This document shows, piece after piece, positions 8,105-12,172 of a DNA stretch of 12,172 bases. Numbering within the stretch: position 1 is the stretch's first letter; every line of letters begins with the position of its first letter. Under the pieces are notes generated by a model that was not told the DNA's origin, ran no database searches, and was given only the letters and a program-made list of their open reading frames with translations. Source of the DNA: Candidatus Micrarchaeia archaeon (lineage in GTDB: Archaea > Micrarchaeota > Micrarchaeia > Micrarchaeales > CABMGC01); NCBI GenBank assembly GCA_049966395.1, contig JBMFUT010000022.1, positions 1 through 12,172 of the forward strand, in the 5' to 3' direction. The position numbers and the translations under genes were made by a program.

Positions 8105-8115
8105 GCAATCACCAT

Positions 8116-8130
8116 TATAACTTAGTTATA
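8116..8130. promoter_or_regulatory. Perfect inverted repeat TATAAC-N3-GTTATA between the TATA box and SD of the PDO gene; candidate operator
   Basis: tataac-tta-gttata; TATA-like TTTAAAAT at 8154-8147 on the minus strand. Confidence 0.4.
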
Positions 8131-8193
8131 TTTTAGCGGAAAAGGTATTTTAAACTATCGCTGATCAAAACGCGAATTGCCAATTAGGGACAA

Positions 8194-9222
8194 TCAGAGA
8201 TAGCCTATGTCCATTCCATTTGAAGGATGCTCGTCCTTGCCTACCACTGAAGATCCGGAAACGCCGGTGAATATAGCTACAACTTCCACCTTGTCCTCGT
8301 AATTAGGATCAATTGTCGCGCCCCAGGTAACGTAAGAGTTGGGCGATATCGATTCAGTGAGCTTTTCGCCTATCTGGTTTGCTTCACCAAGCGTCAGGTC
8401 TGGCCCTCCTCTTATGTACAGAAGCACGCCCTTTGCTCCCCTGTAATCGACGTCGAGAAGCTTGTTCTTGAGGGTTTCTTCAACCACCGCCTCCACCCTG
8501 TTGTGACCTGAGGCCGAGCCCACGCTTATCATGGAAAGCCCTCCAGCATTCATTACGGTGCGAACGTCTGCAAAATCGAGGTTTATTAAGCTTGGTTGGG
8601 TTATGGCTTCTGTTATGCCGCGCACCGCCTTGGCTGTTATCTCGTCGGCAAGCATGAATGCCTGCTCTATCTGAAGGTTTGGGTAAAGCGTAACGAGCCT
8701 CTGGTTGTCTATGACTATAAGGGTGTCGACATTTTTTTTCAGCTCCTCTACTCCCTTCTTTGCGACCTCGAGCCTTACCCTTTCCAGGGAAAAAGGAACT
8801 GTGACTATTCCTATTACTATGGCGCCGTTTCTTTTGGAGATGTCTGCTATCACAGGAGCTGCCCCGGTGCCAGTGCCTCCTCCCATTCCGGCAGTCAGGA
8901 AAAGCAGGTTTATGTCTTTGAGCAGAAGGTCTGCATCATTCCTTGAAAGCTCCGCGGCCTTTGCGCCTATCTCAGGAAAACCGCCTGCGCCGAGTCCGTG
9001 GGTTATAGATTGGCCCAAAACCAGCTTTTTTATTCTTGGGCTTATCATGTTGAGCTGCTTTGCGTCGGTGTTGAAGGCGAAAAGGTCAGCGCCTTTTATG
9101 TCTAGCGTGCTTATCCTGTGCACGGTGTTAGTGCCGGCGCCGCCCACTCCCGCCACCGCTATTTTAGGTTTAAAAAGCTCCAAATCCTCGCTCTGCATAC
9201 CCATGCTTGTGATTATTGGCAT
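8194..9222 (-). CDS. ftsZ: Cell division protein FtsZ (FtsZ2-like), 342 aa
   Basis: GVGGAGTN, NTDAKQL, GLGAGGFPEIG, tubulin signature GMGGGTGTG and T7 loop NLDFADV. FSLERVR and LLDVDYRGA resemble archaeal FtsZ2. Start ATG 9222 follows AGGTGC-TATA. Confidence 0.95.
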   Translation of the reverse strand: MPIITSMGMQSEDLELFKPKIAVAGVGGAGTNTVHRISTLDIKGADLFAFNTDAKQLNMISPRIKKLVLGQSITHGLGAGGFPEIGAKAAELSRNDADLLLKDINLLFLTAGMGGGTGTGAAPVIADISKRNGAIVIGIVTVPFSLERVRLEVAKKGVEELKKNVDTLIVIDNQRLVTLYPNLQIEQAFMLADEITAKAVRGITEAITQPSLINLDFADVRTVMNAGGLSMISVGSASGHNRVEAVVEETLKNKLLDVDYRGAKGVLLYIRGGPDLTLGEANQIGEKLTESISPNSYVTWGATIDPNYEDKVEVVAIFTGVSGSSVVGKDEHPSNGMDIGYL

Positions 9223-9337
9223 TATAGCACCTATATGATATGCATGAATAAAAAGAAATATTTTGCGTATATTGGGCGCAACTAATGCAAAACGCTCTTG
9301 GGTAAATTTATTTAATTTTTTCTGCGGAAGAGCAATA

Positions 9338-11068
9338 ATGTACAACAAGCAGATTTCTGAAATGTTCAACGAGATCGCCGACATGCTTATGCTTGAGCCC
9401 GGAGACCACAGCTTTGAAGTGAGGGCTTACCAGAAGGCAGCTATGACTGTTTCTACTCTGCAAGAGGATGTTGGGGACATAATTCAAAAAAAGGGCATTG
9501 ACGGCCTTCTTGCGCTTCCTGGCATAGGCAAGACCATTGCAGAAAGAATACAGGAATTCGTGGCAACAGGGCGCATGAAAAAATACGACGAGCTGAAGGG
9601 CAAGTATCCTATAGATTTTGCAAGCCTTACCAGAATACAGGGGCTTGGCGCGAAGAAGATACTCAGGCTTTACAAGGATCTTGGAGTCAATAACATAGAC
9701 AGCTTGAAAAAAGCGGTAGAGTCGCACAGCATCAGCAAATTGGAGGGTTTCGGAGAGAAAAGCGAAGAAGAGATCAAGAAGGGGTTAGAGATGCTCCAAA
9801 GCATAGGAGGCAGGATGCTGCTAGGGACAGCTCTGCCAGAGGCTGAAAGGATAGTAGACAAGATAATCAAAAGCGGCCTGGCGGAGAAGGCTGTTATTGC
9901 TGGCTCAACTAGGAGGATGAAGGAAACTGTCGGGGATTTGGACATACTGGTAATATCAAAAAACAACGATAAGGTGATGGATTTCGTATCTTCAATGCCC
10001 GAAACCAAGAGCGTTGTGGTAAAGGGGCCAACTAAGACTACCGTAGAGCTAAAGATAGGGCTTACTTGCGATTTCAGAGTGATAGAGGCGGAAAGCTTCG
10101 GCGCGGCGCTGCAGTACTTTACCGGAAGCAAGGACCACAACATACAAGTAAGGCAAATAGCGGTGAAAATGGGATACAAGCTGAGCGAGTACGGACTTTT
10201 TGACGGCAAGGACAGGCGCATCGCAGGCAGCGACGAGGAATCGGTTTATGGCAAGCTCGGCATGGACTACATAGAGCCGGAGATGAGAGAAGGAAGAGGT
10301 GAGATAGAGCTTGCGCAAAAGCACAAACTGCCGAAGCTTGTGAGGCTGGAGGATATAAAGGGAGACCTGCATACCCACACAAACTACAGCGGCGACAGTT
10401 CAAACGACATTGACGATCTAATCCGCGAAGCTATCAGGCTTGGCAGAAAATATATAGGTTTGACAGACCACACCAAGAGCGAGTATGTGGCAAGGGGAAT
10501 GAATGACAAGCAGTTCGAAAGCTATTTCAAAGTAGTAGACAAAGCAGCTGAAAGATACGAAGGCAAAATAGTAATACTGAAAAGCGCCGAAATAGACATA
10601 CTCAAGGATGGCTCTCTCGATCTTTCAAGGAAGACCCTTGATGAAATGGACTACAGGCTGTGCGCGGTGCACACCAACAGGAACATGAGCAGGGATGAAA
10701 TGACGAAAAGGATAACCACCGCACTAGACAGCGGTTATGTGGATATACTTGCTCACCCAACAGGCAGGCTCATAAACGAGAGGGGACCAATAGACATTGA
10801 TATAGACAAAGTTTTCGAGGCGGCAAAAAGGAACGGCGTGATCATGGAGATAAATTCTTTCCCCAGCAGGCTCGACCTCAACGACGAAAATATAATGAAA
10901 GCAAGGGAATACGGCCTCAGGTTTTCGATAGGCACGGACGCCCACAGGCTCTCGCATCTTGAGTTCATGAAATTTGGAGTAGGCATGGCGCGAAGGGGAT
11001 GGCTCGAGAGCAAGGACGTGATAAATACTTCCAGCCCTGGAGAAATAAGAAAAATATTGAAGAGATAG
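9338..11068 (+). CDS. polX: DNA polymerase X with C-terminal PHP domain, 576 aa
   Basis: HhH motifs LPGIGKTI, IQGLGAKK and LEGFGEKS; GSTRRMKETVGDLDIL (catalytic DxD), CDFRV, YFTGSKDHN; PHP motifs DLHTHT, TDH, AHPTGR and GTDAH. Start ATG 9338 lies ~24 nt after TTTATTTA. Confidence 0.95.
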   Translation: MYNKQISEMFNEIADMLMLEPGDHSFEVRAYQKAAMTVSTLQEDVGDIIQKKGIDGLLALPGIGKTIAERIQEFVATGRMKKYDELKGKYPIDFASLTRIQGLGAKKILRLYKDLGVNNIDSLKKAVESHSISKLEGFGEKSEEEIKKGLEMLQSIGGRMLLGTALPEAERIVDKIIKSGLAEKAVIAGSTRRMKETVGDLDILVISKNNDKVMDFVSSMPETKSVVVKGPTKTTVELKIGLTCDFRVIEAESFGAALQYFTGSKDHNIQVRQIAVKMGYKLSEYGLFDGKDRRIAGSDEESVYGKLGMDYIEPEMREGRGEIELAQKHKLPKLVRLEDIKGDLHTHTNYSGDSSNDIDDLIREAIRLGRKYIGLTDHTKSEYVARGMNDKQFESYFKVVDKAAERYEGKIVILKSAEIDILKDGSLDLSRKTLDEMDYRLCAVHTNRNMSRDEMTKRITTALDSGYVDILAHPTGRLINERGPIDIDIDKVFEAAKRNGVIMEINSFPSRLDLNDENIMKAREYGLRFSIGTDAHRLSHLEFMKFGVGMARRGWLESKDVINTSSPGEIRKILKR

Positions 11069-11392
11069 CTAAAGAGACCCTGCCATTGCGCGCAGCGATT
11101 TTTCAGCGCAGAGCCTGTCTATTGAATCTGCTATCTTTTCAGGGCTTGCGCCGTTTGCTATTTCATCCACTATAGGGTCGCTCAAGCCTGCCTTTGCTAT
11201 GTAAGTGCGCATCTCTGATACCTTCTTGGAGCAGTTGCCTTTCAGGTACTTGTTGACTGCAGCCTGAGCTATGCCAAGTTTCCTTGCTATCTCTTGCTGT
11301 GTGAAGCCATGCTCGTTCTTGAGCTTTAAGGCTATGGAAGCCCTTATTGCCGGCAGTATTACGCTTGTTATTTCTCTGCAGTGAGGATCCAT
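11069..11392 (-). CDS. Archaeal XRE-type HTH transcriptional regulator (COG2522-like), 107 aa
   Basis: PHCREITSVILPAIRASIA followed by HTH GFTQQEIARKLGIAQAAVNKYLKG. Confidence 0.85.
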   Translation of the reverse strand: MDPHCREITSVILPAIRASIALKLKNEHGFTQQEIARKLGIAQAAVNKYLKGNCSKKVSEMRTYIAKAGLSDPIVDEIANGASPEKIADSIDRLCAEKSLRAMAGSL

Positions 11393-11401
11393 GCCAACAC
11401 G

Positions 11402-11998
11402 CTAGCGGTGGTCTTGCTTGCCGTAGCCCTCGTCTTCTATTCCAAGCGCGTATTTTATCTTTTTAATTATGCCTTTCTGCGGAGGCGGCGTGTCCTCTTC
11501 CTCTTCCTCTAAATCATTTGCTTCCGCCTGAGGTTGAACCTTGGATGCCTTTGGCTGAGATTGAACCGGTGCTGCATTCCTTGGAGCTACAGACGCCTTC
11601 TGGAGGTCCTTCTTGCCTGGTTTAAATATACCTGGCATCGCCTTTCTAGACTGCTGAAGCTGCACGACTGACTTGGCTATGCTGCGGATGTCAGCATTCC
11701 TGCCAAGTATTATCACGTTTGCGCCATTGTCCCTTGCAGACTCTATGTCTTCGCCACTGCTGCACACCGCAGCGCGGACTTCCTGCCTCTTGTTTAGCAA
11801 AATACCCATGCCAACGGGATCTGAAACTGCTAGCAGCACGCTGTCAAATGCTCCGTTGCCAACTATACCATACAGCGCGTCTAGGTATTCGTCTCTGCCA
11901 GTAACCTCTTTTTCGACTATGTTTATGTCGTATTTTTCGAGCTCGCTAGCCAGCTCCTCGCCACCATTTTGGGAATCGCTGAGTATGCACACTTTCAG
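11402..11998 (-). CDS. Degenerate RpiB/LacAB-fold protein with low-complexity C-terminal tail, 198 aa, probable CTG start
   Basis: (M)KVCILSD, GMGILLNKRQEVRAAVC and ARDNGANVIILG align with RpiB motifs (MKIAIGSD, GMSIAANKxxGIRAALC, ARxHNDANVLCLG), but the catalytic motifs are missing. Confidence 0.7.
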   Translation of the reverse strand: MKVCILSDSQNGGEELASELEKYDINIVEKEVTGRDEYLDALYGIVGNGAFDSVLLAVSDPVGMGILLNKRQEVRAAVCSSGEDIESARDNGANVIILGRNADIRSIAKSVVQLQQSRKAMPGIFKPGKKDLQKASVAPRNAAPVQSQPKASKVQPQAEANDLEEEEEDTPPPQKGIIKKIKYALGIEDEGYGKQDHR

Positions 11999-12172
11999 GC
12001 AATCACCTTAGTTATTGATAACATAAGCGCTGTACTATTATAAACTTATCGCGCCAATCTTTCTGCCGACAAAATGGAATATATACGCATGCGGCGCTCT
12101 TTCAGTGAACTGCAGCGCCTTCCTCAAATGCCAAAGTTGGAAGAGCTATTTTGGCGCCAATAGCTATTCCTA

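Noticed and set aside
8116..8130. SurR site upstream of the PDO gene
   Set aside because: The SurR consensus is GTT-N3-AAC; here the order is AAC-N3-GTT, so it is kept only as an unassigned palindrome.
12074..12163. 29-codon plus-strand ORF MEYIRMRRSF...
   Set aside because: No SD or recognisable motif, and it overlaps the hairpins; unsupported.
1..12172. CRISPR array, transposase, provirus or stop-codon reassignment
   Set aside because: No regularly spaced repeats or mobile-element genes were seen; TAA, TAG and TGA all terminate recognisable full-length genes.

Overview
Compact archaeal chromosomal region, plausibly DPANN/Micrarchaeota-like. This is inferred from the gene set, the near-zero intergenic spacing and a non-canonical tRNA intron. 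It holds two tRNAs (Leu-UAA with a 19-nt D-loop intron, truncated by the window edge, and Arg-GCG) and 14 CDS: a PAC2 proteasome chaperone, a small basic two-repeat protein, a stand-alone LigD 3'-phosphoesterase, an amidohydrolase, DUF763, an unannotated Zn-ribbon protein coupled to aEF-1beta, a Mut7-C RNase, an orphan Rad50, a protein-disulfide oxidoreductase, FtsZ, PolX-PHP, an HTH regulator and a degenerate RpiB-like protein. The most striking signal is translational. Three genes appear to start at non-AUG codons (ATA, ATA, CTG) placed exactly 4 nt after a GGTGA Shine-Dalgarno, the same geometry as ATG-start genes here. Both ATA genes are preceded by a near-identical micro-uORF (ATG GTG ATT nnA TAG) whose stop overlaps the ATA. 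No CRISPR array or mobile element was seen.
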